64,000 nucleotides of DNA from contig JAZAMN010000020.1 in assembly GCA_036229005.1 (NCBI GenBank), forward strand, positions 64,001 through 128,000, written 5' to 3'. Source of the stretch: Myxococcota bacterium (GTDB lineage Bacteria; Myxococcota_A; UBA796; CAJQPC01). The notes beneath the pieces were generated by a model. The model saw only the letters and a program-made list of their open reading frames with translations, searched no databases and had not been told where the DNA came from. Both the position numbers and the translations under genes were made by a program. Shown here one piece after another: positions 19,395 to 29,975 of this stretch. How positions within the stretch are numbered: position 1 is the first letter of the stretch; the number at the start of each line of letters is the position of its first letter.

Positions 19395-20168
19395 TCAGAC
19401 GGTCAGGCCGATCTGCGCGCGCATGCCGTCACCCAGGGTGCTGACCTGGCCCCAGAAGTGGTTCCAGCTCGCGTTGTCGAGCAGGTCACCGCCAAAGTAG
19501 CGGGGGGGCTTGACGACGGGGTAGCCGTCGGGCTGGACGGCGAGCTCGACGCGGACCTTCTCGATCTCGTCGCGCATCTCCTCGAGCATCACGGTCTTCT
19601 CGCGGATCAGCTTGGGGAAGGGCTGCATGGCGGTGATGAAGGCCTCGGGAGACTCGGCGGCCTCGGAGACGGCCTCCATCCAGCGGCCGGTCACGAGCTG
19701 CAGGATGTTGCGGTAGTCGCGGAAGCCGCGGTTGAGGAGCTCGCGGGTCTTGCCCCACTCCTCGGGGCTCAGGACCTCCTGCTGGCCCAGGAGCCACAGG
19801 ATGCGCTGCATGCGGAGCTTGGCGAAGTCGGCCTGGGCGGCGAAGATCAGCATGACGGACTCGACGCCGTCGGTGCCGGGGTGGCTGATGTGCCACTTGA
19901 CCTTGCGCTGGTTGCGCTCCAGGTACTTGGTGACGCCCGCCATCTCGGCGTGCTCGAAGTCGATGGAGCGGGCGGACTGGATGGCCTCGTCGCCGAAGGC
20001 GCCGGGCTTCTCCTCGGCCCAGGTCCGGGGCAGGGACAGCCGGCCGAAGTACTCCATGATCCGATCGCTGTCCTGCTCAGCGAAGATCGCGGTGGTGTTC
20101 GCGACGTAGTCCTCTTCCGAGTGGGTGGCGATGCGAACGAGACTGGCGATGGTAGGGGGCTTGGCCAT
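19395..20168 (-). CDS. Hypothetical soluble protein
   Basis: ATG 20168 with GGAG RBS; strongly GC3-biased codons; no recognised motif. Confidence 0.7.
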   Translation of the reverse strand: MAKPPTIASLVRIATHSEEDYVANTTAIFAEQDSDRIMEYFGRLSLPRTWAEEKPGAFGDEAIQSARSIDFEHAEMAGVTKYLERNQRKVKWHISHPGTDGVESVMLIFAAQADFAKLRMQRILWLLGQQEVLSPEEWGKTRELLNRGFRDYRNILQLVTGRWMEAVSEAAESPEAFITAMQPFPKLIREKTVMLEEMRDEIEKVRVELAVQPDGYPVVKPPRYFGGDLLDNASWNHFWGQVSTLGDGMRAQIGLTV

Positions 20169-20170
20169 CA

Positions 20171-20629
<459 letters not shown>

Positions 20630-20721
20630 TCAGCCCGCCCGGGCCTAAAGCTCTGCGCCAAATCTCCGTTTGGAGGGTGGAGGCTCCCCCCCGACAACCC
20701 GGGGGAGCAGGAGGTAGGCCC

Positions 20722-21090
20722 ATGGGCAAGAAGATCTTGGTCGTCGACGACTCGTCCACTGTCCGTCAGCAGGTGCGCATCGCGCTGAGCCAGGCGGGCT
20801 TTCAGGTCATGGAGGCCGTCGACGGCATGGACGGGCAGCAGAAGATCGCCAGCAACAGCGACCTGTCGATGGTGATCTGCGACGTCAACATGCCCCGCAT
20901 GAACGGCCTGCAGATGCTCCAGGCCATCAAGACCGCGGGCACGGCACCCAACGTGCCCATCGTCATGCTGACCTCCGAGGCCCAGCCGGCGCTGATCCGC
21001 CAGGCCAAGGCCAACGGCGCGAAGGGCTGGATCGTCAAGCCCTTCAAGGCCGAAATGCTGGTCGCTGCGGTCAAGAAGCTCGCAGCCTGA
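20722..21090 (+). CDS. CheY-like single-domain response regulator
   Basis: ILVVDDSSTVR, CDVNMPRMNG, MLTSE, GWIVKPF. Confidence 0.92.
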   Translation: MGKKILVVDDSSTVRQQVRIALSQAGFQVMEAVDGMDGQQKIASNSDLSMVICDVNMPRMNGLQMLQAIKTAGTAPNVPIVMLTSEAQPALIRQAKANGAKGWIVKPFKAEMLVAAVKKLAA

Positions 21091-21091
21091 C

Positions 21092-21694
21092 GTGCAGGTC
21101 CCCTTCGCCAACCGAGGGCGCCTTGGGCGCCTGGTGCTGGGTGTGTGGGCACCGATGATCGCCATCATCTGCGCCTACCAGCTCGGCAGTCACCTGCTCA
21201 CACTCCCGGTCCCCGAGGTCAACGACCCCGACGTCCAGCGCGCCCTGGCTCAGACCCGGCACCTGGACGAGACGGGCGAGTGGATGCTCGTGCACGTGCT
21301 CTACACCGACTGCAACTGCTCGGTGCGCGTGGCCCGGTATCTGGTGGAGGAGCCCCGACCCGAGGGGCTTGTGGAGAAGCTGGTCCTCGTCGGAGAGGAC
21401 CCCGAGCTCGCGGCGAAGGCCCAAGCCGCCGGATTCGAGCTCTACCAGACCGACGAAGCCGGTCTGGGCACGCAGTGGCACATGGAGGCCGCCCCCGTGC
21501 TGGCCGTCGTGGACCCTGCAAACCAGGTCCAGTACCTGGGCGGCTACACCGATCGGAAGCAAGGCGCGGCCATCCGGGATCTGGAGATCCTGGGCGATCT
21601 GCAGTCCACGCGGCCTGTCGCCGCGCTCCCCCTCTTTGGCTGCGCCGTCAGCCAGACCCTCCAACGAGCGGTGGACCCCCTGGGTCTGCGCTGA
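21092..21694 (+). CDS. Exported thioredoxin-fold CxC protein (RedB-like)
   Basis: N-terminal TM, HVLYTDCNCS, YLGGYT, LPLFGC. Confidence 0.6.
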   Translation: MQVPFANRGRLGRLVLGVWAPMIAIICAYQLGSHLLTLPVPEVNDPDVQRALAQTRHLDETGEWMLVHVLYTDCNCSVRVARYLVEEPRPEGLVEKLVLVGEDPELAAKAQAAGFELYQTDEAGLGTQWHMEAAPVLAVVDPANQVQYLGGYTDRKQGAAIRDLEILGDLQSTRPVAALPLFGCAVSQTLQRAVDPLGLR

Positions 21695-21704
21695 GGTTCC
21701 TGTC

Positions 21705-23651
21705 ATGCTGGATAGTCTCAAGAAGGTGCTGCTCCTTCCTGACGAGGTCTCCGACGTCGAGCGCGCCCACCTGGAGCGCGTGAACCGGATCGTGATGGGC
21801 TTCTTCGCCCTCCACATCCCGGTGTTCATGTTTGTCGCCTGGGCCTGCGACACCGGCGTGATGAACGCCTTCGGGCTGACCACCCTGGCCTTGGTGGGCC
21901 CCCTGGTCGCCTGGAAGACGATGCCTCCCCGGACGGCCTCGCTGGTGTTCGCCTTCACGACCATGTGTCTGGGCGGCCTGCTGGTGCACTTTGGCCAGGG
22001 CCCCATGCAGATCGAGATGCACTTCTACTTCTTTGTGCTGCTGGGCCTGCTGGCGATCTACGCCAACCCGATGGTCATCGTCGTGGGCGCGGCCACCATC
22101 GCCGTGCACCACCTGCTGCTCTACTTCCTGCTGCCCAGCAGCGTGTTCAACTACAACGCCAGCATCTGGGTCGTGTTGGTGCACGCGCTGTTCGTGGTCC
22201 TGCAGACCCCGGCGGCCATCGCGATCGCCCGCGGCTTCTTCGACAACGTCATCGGCCTGGAGAAGATCGTCCGCGAGCGCACCGCCGCCCTGGACGCGCG
22301 CAACGAGGACATGCACCTGCTGCTGGACAACTGCGGCCAGGGCTTCTTGACCCTGGACCTGAGCGGCGGGATCTCCGCCGAGCGCAGCGCCGCCGTGGCG
22401 GGCTGGCTGGGCGACGCGCCGGCGGGCACCCCCTTCTGGCAGCTCCTGGAGGAGCGCGCTCCCAAGGCCGCCATGTGGTTCGAGCTGGCCTGGGAGTCCC
22501 TCGCCGATGGGCTGATGCCTCTGGAGCTGTGCCTGGACCAGCTCCCCGGAGAGGTGCGGCTCGGTGATGAGGTCATCCAGCTCGACTTCACCCCCCTGCT
22601 CTCCGCGGACGGCGAGCTCGACCGCCTGCTCGTGGTCATGACCGACGTCACCGCGGCCCGGGCCCGGGCCCTCGCCGAGCGGCGGCAGCAGGAGGTCCTG
22701 GCGGTGTTCCAGCGCGTGTTGGAGGACCGCGCCGGCTTCCTGGAGTTCGTGGACGAGGGCGAGCGCCTGATGGACCAGATCTCCGACCCGCAGACCCCGG
22801 TCGACCTGCTGCAGCGGGCCACCCACACCCTCAAGGGCACCAGCTCCATCTTTGGCCTGGAGACCCTGGCGGAGCACTGCCACGCGGTCGAGAGCCACGT
22901 GGTGGAGTCCGGCGACCGCCCCGACGACAGCCTGCTGACCCCCATCCAGAACATCTGGAGCGCCTTCCGCCACGACCTGGGTCAGATGGTGGGCGAGCAG
23001 GACCGCGGCACCGTCGAGCTGCGCCCCGAGGAGTACGCCGCCACCCTGCGCGCCGTGCTGCAGGGCACCCCTCACCAGGACCTGGCCGAGCGCATCGCCG
23101 GCTGGCGACTGGAGACCACCGACCAGCGCCTGGAGCGCCTCGCCACGCAGGCCAAGCGCATCGCCGCGCGGCTGGGCAAGGACGTGGACGTCCACGTCGA
23201 GGGCCACGACCTGCGCCTCCACCCGGAGACCTGGTCCGAGTTCTGGGCCGCGTTCATCCACGCCATCCGCAACGCGGTGGACCACGGCGTCGAAGAGAGC
23301 GGCGAGCTGGTGATCGCCACCCGGACCACCGGGGACGTCTTCGTGGTCGAGCTGCGGGACGACGGCCCCGGCGTGAACTGGACCAAGGTGAAGGAGCTGG
23401 CCGAGCAGCGCGGCATCCCCCACGAGACCCCCCAGGACCTCCAGGACGCGCTGTTCAGCGACGGCCTGAGCACCCGGGAGGAGGTCACCGAGACCAGCGG
23501 ACGCGGCGTCGGGATGGCGGCCCTCAAGGCGGTCACCCTGCAGCGCGGGGGTCGCATCGAGGTGGACTCCACCCCGGGCAATGGCACCACCTTCCGCTTT
23601 GTGTTCCCCCAGGACACCATGGCCCCAGAGCCCGAAGCCATGGCCGCCTGA
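21705..23651 (+). CDS. Membrane-anchored CheA-like kinase (TM sensor, PAS-like, Hpt, HATPase; no CheW domain)
   Basis: TM region with IEMHFYFF and AVHH, Hpt HTLKG, HAIRNAVDHG, DDGPG, FSDGLST, SGRGVGM; ends right after the ATPase domain. Confidence 0.85.
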   Translation: MLDSLKKVLLLPDEVSDVERAHLERVNRIVMGFFALHIPVFMFVAWACDTGVMNAFGLTTLALVGPLVAWKTMPPRTASLVFAFTTMCLGGLLVHFGQGPMQIEMHFYFFVLLGLLAIYANPMVIVVGAATIAVHHLLLYFLLPSSVFNYNASIWVVLVHALFVVLQTPAAIAIARGFFDNVIGLEKIVRERTAALDARNEDMHLLLDNCGQGFLTLDLSGGISAERSAAVAGWLGDAPAGTPFWQLLEERAPKAAMWFELAWESLADGLMPLELCLDQLPGEVRLGDEVIQLDFTPLLSADGELDRLLVVMTDVTAARARALAERRQQEVLAVFQRVLEDRAGFLEFVDEGERLMDQISDPQTPVDLLQRATHTLKGTSSIFGLETLAEHCHAVESHVVESGDRPDDSLLTPIQNIWSAFRHDLGQMVGEQDRGTVELRPEEYAATLRAVLQGTPHQDLAERIAGWRLETTDQRLERLATQAKRIAARLGKDVDVHVEGHDLRLHPETWSEFWAAFIHAIRNAVDHGVEESGELVIATRTTGDVFVVELRDDGPGVNWTKVKELAEQRGIPHETPQDLQDALFSDGLSTREEVTETSGRGVGMAALKAVTLQRGGRIEVDSTPGNGTTFRFVFPQDTMAPEPEAMAA

Positions 23652-23687
23652 GGCCGCAGTGGGCGGCGGCGGAGGTAGACTCGGCGC

Positions 23688-24647
23688 ATGAACATCGCGC
23701 CCCTCCTCCGCCGCTTCCAGGCCCTCTGCAGCCCCGAGCTCCCCGAGTTCGTCGCCCGCCGCAGCGGCAGCCCAGGCCCCCACCTGACCCTCTGCTGCCT
23801 GACCCACGGCGACGAGACCGGCAGCCTCCCCGCGGCGATCGAGCTGTTGGAGTCCCTGGACGGGGGGCGGCCCCTGGTCGGCTCCCTGACCGTGATCCTG
23901 GGCAACCCCCGCGCCGCCCAGGCCGGCGTCCGCTTCACCGAGGCGGACCTGAACCGGGTCTTCCTGCCCGGCCCCGACAGCTACGAGCGCCGCCGCGCCG
24001 CCGCCCTGATGCCCCTGCTGGCTCAGGCCGACGTGGTGGTCGACATCCACCAGACCATCGGGCCCACCGCGCACCCCTTCCACATCCACCCCTGGTCGCC
24101 GCGCCTGGAGCTGTGGGCGCGCATCCTCCAGGGCGCCGAGCACTGGGTCACCCGCCCCCTGGGCGAGTCCTTCGCCAGCGGCACCTGCTGCCTGGACGAG
24201 TACGTCCGCAACCAGCACATCCCCGCCCTGACCATCGAGCTCGGCCAACAGGGCATCGACGCCCGCACCACCACCCTGGCCGCCGCCGTCATGGAGCGCG
24301 CCCTGGCCGCCACCGCCGCGATGGCCCAGGGCCAGGACCTGGAGGCCCTCACCCACAGCGCGCCCCCCGTGCAGCACTGGCGCACCGTCCACAAGGAGCC
24401 CTACGCCAGCCCCGCGCTGCGCCTGCGCCCCGGCCTCCGCAACTTCGAGCGGGTCCAGGCCGGCGAGCTCCTGAGCGCCCCCGACAGCCCCGAGCTCCGC
24501 GCCCCCTGCGCCGGCGCCCTGCTCTTCCCCAAATACCCGCCCCGCGACGCCCAGGGAGCGCCCACCGGCCCCCTCCCGGTCGACATCTTCCACCTGCTCA
24601 CGCCGATGGAGCAGCACCCGGCGACCCTGGGGTGGCCCGCGCTCTGA
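23688..24647 (+). CDS. Succinylglutamate desuccinylase / aspartoacylase family (M14-like)
   Basis: THGDETG, GNPRA, DLNRVF, DIHQT, TIELG. Confidence 0.85.
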   Translation: MNIAPLLRRFQALCSPELPEFVARRSGSPGPHLTLCCLTHGDETGSLPAAIELLESLDGGRPLVGSLTVILGNPRAAQAGVRFTEADLNRVFLPGPDSYERRRAAALMPLLAQADVVVDIHQTIGPTAHPFHIHPWSPRLELWARILQGAEHWVTRPLGESFASGTCCLDEYVRNQHIPALTIELGQQGIDARTTTLAAAVMERALAATAAMAQGQDLEALTHSAPPVQHWRTVHKEPYASPALRLRPGLRNFERVQAGELLSAPDSPELRAPCAGALLFPKYPPRDAQGAPTGPLPVDIFHLLTPMEQHPATLGWPAL

Positions 24648-26433
24648 GGCGCTCCAGCGCCGGCCCAAAGCCGTGCACAGGCATGTCGGCCACCGCCCGC
24701 TCCAGCTTCAGCAGGTCCTCGCTTGCGGCCTCGGTGTCGCCGGATTCCAGGGCGAGCTCCAGCCCGATGAGTTGGGCCCAGGGGTCTCCAGGGCGCTCCA
24801 GCTCCACCTCCTCCAGCAGCGCCTTGGCCGACTCCAGCTCGCCGCTCCGGACCTGGATCCAGGCCTCCAGCGCGCCAATCAGCGGGTCATCGTCCGCCGC
24901 TCTGGCCTGCTCTGCCGCCTCGCGCGCGCCCTCCAGGTCCCCCTGCTCCAGCCGGGCCCGCCCCAGGCAGACGTAGCCCGCGTGGTCGTTCGGGAGCGCC
25001 TGGATCACCGCCTGCGCCGCCTGGGCCGCCAGCTCCGGGGTCCGGAAGAGGCTCAGGGAGGAGAGGCTGAGGCCTGCCTGCGGAAATCGGGGGCACAACG
25101 CCAACAGATCCCGGTCCGTCCCCACCTCTCCAAGCACCCACCCGCAGACGAGGACATCGTGCGTCAGGCTGGGCTCCTTGGAGATCCGGGCGCCCTGCTC
25201 CGCCCACAACCCCCACACCCAGGCAAAGTCCCGGCGGTGCACGGCCTCCTGGATCTGCTTGCGCAGGCGGTGGGTGCGGCGGAAGCGGATGGCGAACACC
25301 ACCACCAGCAGCTCAGCGACCAGGGTCGGCACCAGCCACAGAGGCGACACAGTCCCCTTCACGCTGCCCAGGATCACGCTGACGGCGAGCGCGATGAATA
25401 CCAGCAGCCCGGGGATGAAGTAGCGCTGCACCCACGAGACCGGCTGGCGCCCCCGCCCCTGCTTGAGGGCTCGCCGCGCGCCCAGCGCCAACAGGAAGGG
25501 GGGCACCGCGGCCAGGGTCAGGAAGAAGAAGGGGTTGACCTCGCTTGCGACCAGGAGCCCGAGGGTGCCCAGCAGGACCAGGTTGCCCAGGAGGTGGGCC
25601 ACGCGGTGTCGGGCCGCCAAGGGCTGCGCCTCCCCCAGGGCCTGCAGGCGGATGGGCAGCGGCGGGTGGGTGGCGAGCAGGTAGGCCAGCGGGCCGCGCC
25701 AGCCCTCCAGGGGGACGGGGTGCAGGGCGTGCAGGCGGGTCAGGGCGCTGCGGATGGTGGCGGGGTCGGTGGCCTGGGCGGCGATCCGGTCGCAGAGCAG
25801 CTCGACGGGGCGGGACACCCACACGCGGCTGCCGAAGAAGCCCAGGGCGAAGGCCAGGCCGATGACGGTGACCTCGCGCACGAAGGGCAGCAGCGTGAAG
25901 GCGAGGGCGGCGCCGAGGGGCCAGGGGGCCAGCAACCACCAGAGGCTCCCGGAGCTGTGGTGCCCGAGCTCGTGGCAGGCCAGCGCGTGCTGCTCGTCTT
26001 CGTCCAGGCGGTGCAGCAGACCGTCGGCCAGGATCACGAGCGGCCGACTCAGGTTGGCGGCGAAGGCGTGGACACCGAGCTGCGCGCCGGTAGGAAGGCG
26101 GGCGAGCTCCAGGTCGTGGACGCCCAGTCGCGCCGCGCTGGCCTGGATGCGGGCCTCCAGCGCAGGGGCCCCCAGGGGCACGGGGGTCTGGCGGAGGAGC
26201 TGCTTGGGGCGGCGGAAGAACAGCAGGGTCCAAGTGCCCGCGATCACCGGGACCGAGAGCACCGCCCAGCTCGGCTCCGAGAACAACAAGACGCCGGCCG
26301 GCAGGGACCAGAGCAGCCCGAGCAGACCCGCGTTCTTGAGGGAGCGCCCCCAGCCCGCCTGCTGTCGCAGGCCCAGGATGAGGACGATCAGCGCAAGGAG
26401 CGCCGCGATGGCGAAGGACAGGGCGGAGAACAC
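24598..26433 (-). CDS. M48 (HtpX-like) membrane metalloprotease with C-terminal TPRs
   Basis: HELGH, ELLCD, THPPLPIRL, many TMs, TPR-like C-terminus. Confidence 0.8.
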   Translation of the reverse strand: MFSALSFAIAALLALIVLILGLRQQAGWGRSLKNAGLLGLLWSLPAGVLLFSEPSWAVLSVPVIAGTWTLLFFRRPKQLLRQTPVPLGAPALEARIQASAARLGVHDLELARLPTGAQLGVHAFAANLSRPLVILADGLLHRLDEDEQHALACHELGHHSSGSLWWLLAPWPLGAALAFTLLPFVREVTVIGLAFALGFFGSRVWVSRPVELLCDRIAAQATDPATIRSALTRLHALHPVPLEGWRGPLAYLLATHPPLPIRLQALGEAQPLAARHRVAHLLGNLVLLGTLGLLVASEVNPFFFLTLAAVPPFLLALGARRALKQGRGRQPVSWVQRYFIPGLLVFIALAVSVILGSVKGTVSPLWLVPTLVAELLVVVFAIRFRRTHRLRKQIQEAVHRRDFAWVWGLWAEQGARISKEPSLTHDVLVCGWVLGEVGTDRDLLALCPRFPQAGLSLSSLSLFRTPELAAQAAQAVIQALPNDHAGYVCLGRARLEQGDLEGAREAAEQARAADDDPLIGALEAWIQVRSGELESAKALLEEVELERPGDPWAQLIGLELALESGDTEAASEDLLKLERAVADMPVHGFGPALERLRARATPGSPGAAPSA

Positions 26434-26454
26434 CCTGCCCCCCTAATCATCGGA

Positions 26455-26826
26455 TCAGGCCTCGCCCTGCTGGGCCTCGGCGATCTTGGCGCGCACCTCG
26501 TCCATGTCCAGGTTCTTGACCTGGGTGAGCAGGTCCTCGAAGGCGGCTGCGGGCAGGGCGCCGGCCTGGTTGAAGAGCATGATCTTCTCGCGGAAGACCA
26601 TCAGCGTGGGGATGCTGCGGATCTGGAAGTGGCCGGCCAGGGCGGGCTGCTCTTCGGTGTTGACCTTGGCGTGGACGATGTCGGTGTGCTTGTCGCTGGA
26701 GGCCTCGAGCACGGGCGCGAAGGCCTTGCAGGGGCCGCACCAGCTCGCCCAGAAGTCGACGACCACGATGTCGTTGTTCAGGACGGTCTCTTCAAAGTTC
26801 TCAGCGGTCAGTTCCACAGTGGCCAT
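26455..26826 (-). CDS. trxA: Thioredoxin
   Basis: VDFWASWCGPCK, IRSIPTL. Confidence 0.92.
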   Translation of the reverse strand: MATVELTAENFEETVLNNDIVVVDFWASWCGPCKAFAPVLEASSDKHTDIVHAKVNTEEQPALAGHFQIRSIPTLMVFREKIMLFNQAGALPAAAFEDLLTQVKNLDMDEVRAKIAEAQQGEA

Positions 26827-26902
26827 GGGGGCCTCCAAGTCAAAGGGTGCGGCAAGCGTTCACGCGCTCGCGGGAAAGGGAAGGGGGGGACCCTGAAGAG
26901 GA

Positions 26903-27889
26903 TCAGGGTTCTGCGGGCTCTGGATCCACCTTCCCGGGAGTCTCGGGCGGCGCCTCACTCTCGTCAACCCCCTCGATCCCAGCGAGGACATCGAGGAGCG
27001 GACCGAGCTCTTCGAGCTGATCGGCGTCCAGCTTGGGCAGAGTGACCTGCAGGCGGGCCAGCAGGTTGCCGGTCTTGGAGCCACGCTTGACGCCCTTGCC
27101 CTTGAGGCGGAGGACCTGCCCGGTGTCGGAGCCCGCGGGCACCTTGAGGCGCAGGGGGCCCTGGAGGGAGGGGACCTCGATCCGACCGCCGCGCAGCAGG
27201 GTCACCAGGGGCACGGGCACCTGCACCTCCAGGTCCAGGCCCTTGCGGGTGAACACGGGGTCGGGGCGCACGTGGATGGTCAGCAGCAGGTCGCCGGGCC
27301 GGCCGCCGTTCCGGGAGACCTGGCCCTTGCCCTTGAGGCGCAGGGTGTCGCCGTCCTTGGCGCCCGCGGGGATGCGCACCCGGGTGGGGCCGCCGCCGGA
27401 GCGGTTGAGCTGGACCTCGGTCCCGAACACGGCCTGGCGGAAGTCCAGCTCCACGTTGGCCCGCAGATCGAAGCCCGCGCGGGGGCCGCCGAAGCCGCCT
27501 CCGAAGCCGCCTCCAAAGCCCTGGGCGCCGCCGAAGCCGCCGCCGAATCCCCGCCCACCGGCGAAGCCGCCGCCGAACATGGAGTTGAGCATGTCCTCCA
27601 TCGAGACGCCGCCGCCGCCCTGCTGGAACTGCTGCCAGCGCTTGGCCTGCTCTGCGTCGAAGCCGGCCTTGGTGGCCTGCTCTCCGAAGGTGTCGTAGGC
27701 CTTGCGCTTGTCTTCGTCTCCGAGCACGGCGTAGGCCGCAGAGACCTCCTTGAAGCGCTCTTCGGCCTTGGGGTTGTCGGGGTTTGCGTCGGGGTGGAGC
27801 TCCTTGGCGAGCTTGCGGTAGGCCTTCTTGATCTCTTTCTGGGAGGCGGACCGCGACACGCCGAGGGCTCGGTAGAGCCTATCGTCCAT
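26903..27889 (-). CDS. DnaJ-class chaperone without zinc finger (CbpA-like)
   Basis: J domain with HPD, G/F-rich linker, DnaJ C-terminal domains, no CxxCxGxG. Confidence 0.92.
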   Translation of the reverse strand: MDDRLYRALGVSRSASQKEIKKAYRKLAKELHPDANPDNPKAEERFKEVSAAYAVLGDEDKRKAYDTFGEQATKAGFDAEQAKRWQQFQQGGGGVSMEDMLNSMFGGGFAGGRGFGGGFGGAQGFGGGFGGGFGGPRAGFDLRANVELDFRQAVFGTEVQLNRSGGGPTRVRIPAGAKDGDTLRLKGKGQVSRNGGRPGDLLLTIHVRPDPVFTRKGLDLEVQVPVPLVTLLRGGRIEVPSLQGPLRLKVPAGSDTGQVLRLKGKGVKRGSKTGNLLARLQVTLPKLDADQLEELGPLLDVLAGIEGVDESEAPPETPGKVDPEPAEP

Positions 27890-27955
27890 GGGGACCTCCA
27901 TATGGGGTGCGTTGGGCCAAAGCTACGCACCGGCCCATCTTTGCAAACCCAGGCC

Positions 27956-29065
27956 TCAGCCCCCGCGCTCTTCGAGCAGCTTCTTGGCGCCGCCCTTGCC
28001 GTACTTGCTGTCCCAGCCGTGGGGGTTGACGAAGCTCTTGAAGAGCAGCTCGTTGAGCGTGACGCCGCCCTTGCGGCCGCCCTCGGAGACCAGGCCCTTC
28101 TCCTTGATCTCCGACAGCTCCAGGTCGTAGTCCAGCGACCGGGAGGATGCGGTGCTGGGCTCCAGGGCGTCGAGCACGGCGGTGGCGACCCCCGCGCTCT
28201 GGCAGGCGTCCACGATGGCCGTGAGGTGCCAGCCGTTGGTCACGGCGTCGGAGGCCAGGTTCCCGATCACGCCGTACTGGGTGAAGCCGTCCATGAACTC
28301 CAGATCGCCCACCTTGGCGCTGTGGGCGTTGACCCCGGCCAGCCCGTAGTCCTTGACGCCGTGGCCGGCGTAGTAGACCCGGATGTCGTCCCCGCGCTTG
28401 GCGTACTTGGGGATGTCCTCCAGCGCCTTGGTCATCTCGCTTGAGTCGACGTCCAGGAAGCTCACCACCGAGAAGCCCTCGCTCTCCCAGCGCCCCTGCA
28501 TGGCCTTGGCGTCCTTGACGGGCTCCGGCAGCTTGTTGAGCTCCTTGTAGTCGCTGTTGCCGATCACGCAGGCGAACTTTCGGCCGCTGCGGGGGGCGTC
28601 GCCTCCGTCCCTGCGCTTGGCGGAGACCACGTCCCCGCCCACGTTGATGTCCTCCCGGCTGGCCATGGTCAGGCGGGTCTCCCGGGACCACTCGGGGTGC
28701 TCCTCCGAGTAGCCGGCGTAGGCGTCGTAGAGCGAGTAGCTGTCGTGCGTGAGGCCTTCGTCCGAGCTGCTGTTGGCCACGAGCGCGCTGCCGTCGGCCC
28801 AGGCGTTCAGGTCGACGCTGTGCTTGGTGGTCCCGCGCACGGTCTGGGTGGGGTCGGGGTACTCGATGTAGGGCGTGCCGTCCTCCAGCTCGACGATCTC
28901 GCGCTCGTCTCCGGGTCCAGGGCCGGCCTCGATCTCATCCCGCGTGGTCTCGGTGGGCCCCCCGCGGGTGAGCAGCGGGTCGCTGAGGGCGTCCTGCAGG
29001 TGGTCGGCGGCAGCCTCGGGCGGCGGGGCAGGCTGGAGCGTCTTCTCAGGGAGTGTCTGGACCAT
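27956..29065 (-). CDS. Caspase-family (C14) protease with long acidic N-terminal extension
   Basis: KFACVIGNSDY..L..PVKDA, YYAGHG (catalytic His), IVDACQS (catalytic Cys). Confidence 0.85.
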   Translation of the reverse strand: MVQTLPEKTLQPAPPPEAAADHLQDALSDPLLTRGGPTETTRDEIEAGPGPGDEREIVELEDGTPYIEYPDPTQTVRGTTKHSVDLNAWADGSALVANSSSDEGLTHDSYSLYDAYAGYSEEHPEWSRETRLTMASREDINVGGDVVSAKRRDGGDAPRSGRKFACVIGNSDYKELNKLPEPVKDAKAMQGRWESEGFSVVSFLDVDSSEMTKALEDIPKYAKRGDDIRVYYAGHGVKDYGLAGVNAHSAKVGDLEFMDGFTQYGVIGNLASDAVTNGWHLTAIVDACQSAGVATAVLDALEPSTASSRSLDYDLELSEIKEKGLVSEGGRKGGVTLNELLFKSFVNPHGWDSKYGKGGAKKLLEERGG

Positions 29066-29132
29066 GCCCCCATCCTAGCGGCACCTCCCCCCTCTGCACA
29101 CCCTAGCGAGGTCCTAGCTCAGTCCGGCTGAC

Positions 29133-29837
29133 TCAAGGTTCAACGGTGACAAAGCGGCGCTCGGGCAGCAGCACCGCGCTCAGGGTCCCGTCCGACCAGC
29201 GCCCCGCGCCCGTGTCCACCGCGATCACCCGCCCATCGTCGTAGGGCTCCCGCTGGGCGACGTGACCCAGGATCACCGGCCGGTCCACCCAAGGCATCAG
29301 ATCGGGGTCCGTCTTGGACCACAGCAGCGCGTCCGGGTGCTTGTCCAGCAGGTGTGGGACGACCTCTTCGGCCAGCAGCCCCCCAAAGGACAAGAAGCCC
29401 GGGATGCCGGCGTGGATCAGCCAGTAGGGGCTGCCATCCACCCACAGGTCCAGCACGATGGGCAGCGCCCGCAGCCACTCCTGGTGCTTGGCCGGGACCG
29501 CCGTGTAGGCGTCATCCAGCTCGATCTGGCGCGGATCCACGCCGTAGGAGAGCAGCGTCGCGTCCCCCCCCATCCGGGGGCTCAGCGCGCCTCGGTCAAA
29601 GCCCCGTCCGTCGATCCAGTTGATCAGCCACTGCTCGTGGTTCCCCCGGACGCCGATGGCGTCGTGCCGGATCAGCAGCTCCACGCAGCGGGCCGTGTCG
29701 TTCCCCCGGTCGCAGACATCGCCGGCGATCACGACCTGCCGGCCATCCAAGCGGTCCAGCAGGCGCTCCAGCAGGTCCAGGCGACCATGGATGTCGCCAA
29801 TCACCGCTGCCTGGTCCAGATCAACGCGCTCGAGCAC
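29133..29837 (-). CDS. Metallophosphoesterase, PPP/ApaH-like Ser/Thr phosphatase family
   Basis: GDIHG, GDVCDRG, RGNHE, HAG, GH, VDTGA. Confidence 0.9.
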   Translation of the reverse strand: MLERVDLDQAAVIGDIHGRLDLLERLLDRLDGRQVVIAGDVCDRGNDTARCVELLIRHDAIGVRGNHEQWLINWIDGRGFDRGALSPRMGGDATLLSYGVDPRQIELDDAYTAVPAKHQEWLRALPIVLDLWVDGSPYWLIHAGIPGFLSFGGLLAEEVVPHLLDKHPDALLWSKTDPDLMPWVDRPVILGHVAQREPYDDGRVIAVDTGAGRWSDGTLSAVLLPERRFVTVEP

Positions 29838-29975
29838 CCGCTCTCCGATCGCTTCGGATTCCCTCGAAACATAGCCTGCAAGCGGCTCTATTGGGTTCCT
29901 TTCTCAGCTCTGTCTCCTGTCGTGCGTGTGGAATCCGAAGAGCTACTGGATCCCTGCACCTTCTGGAGTCCCTTC

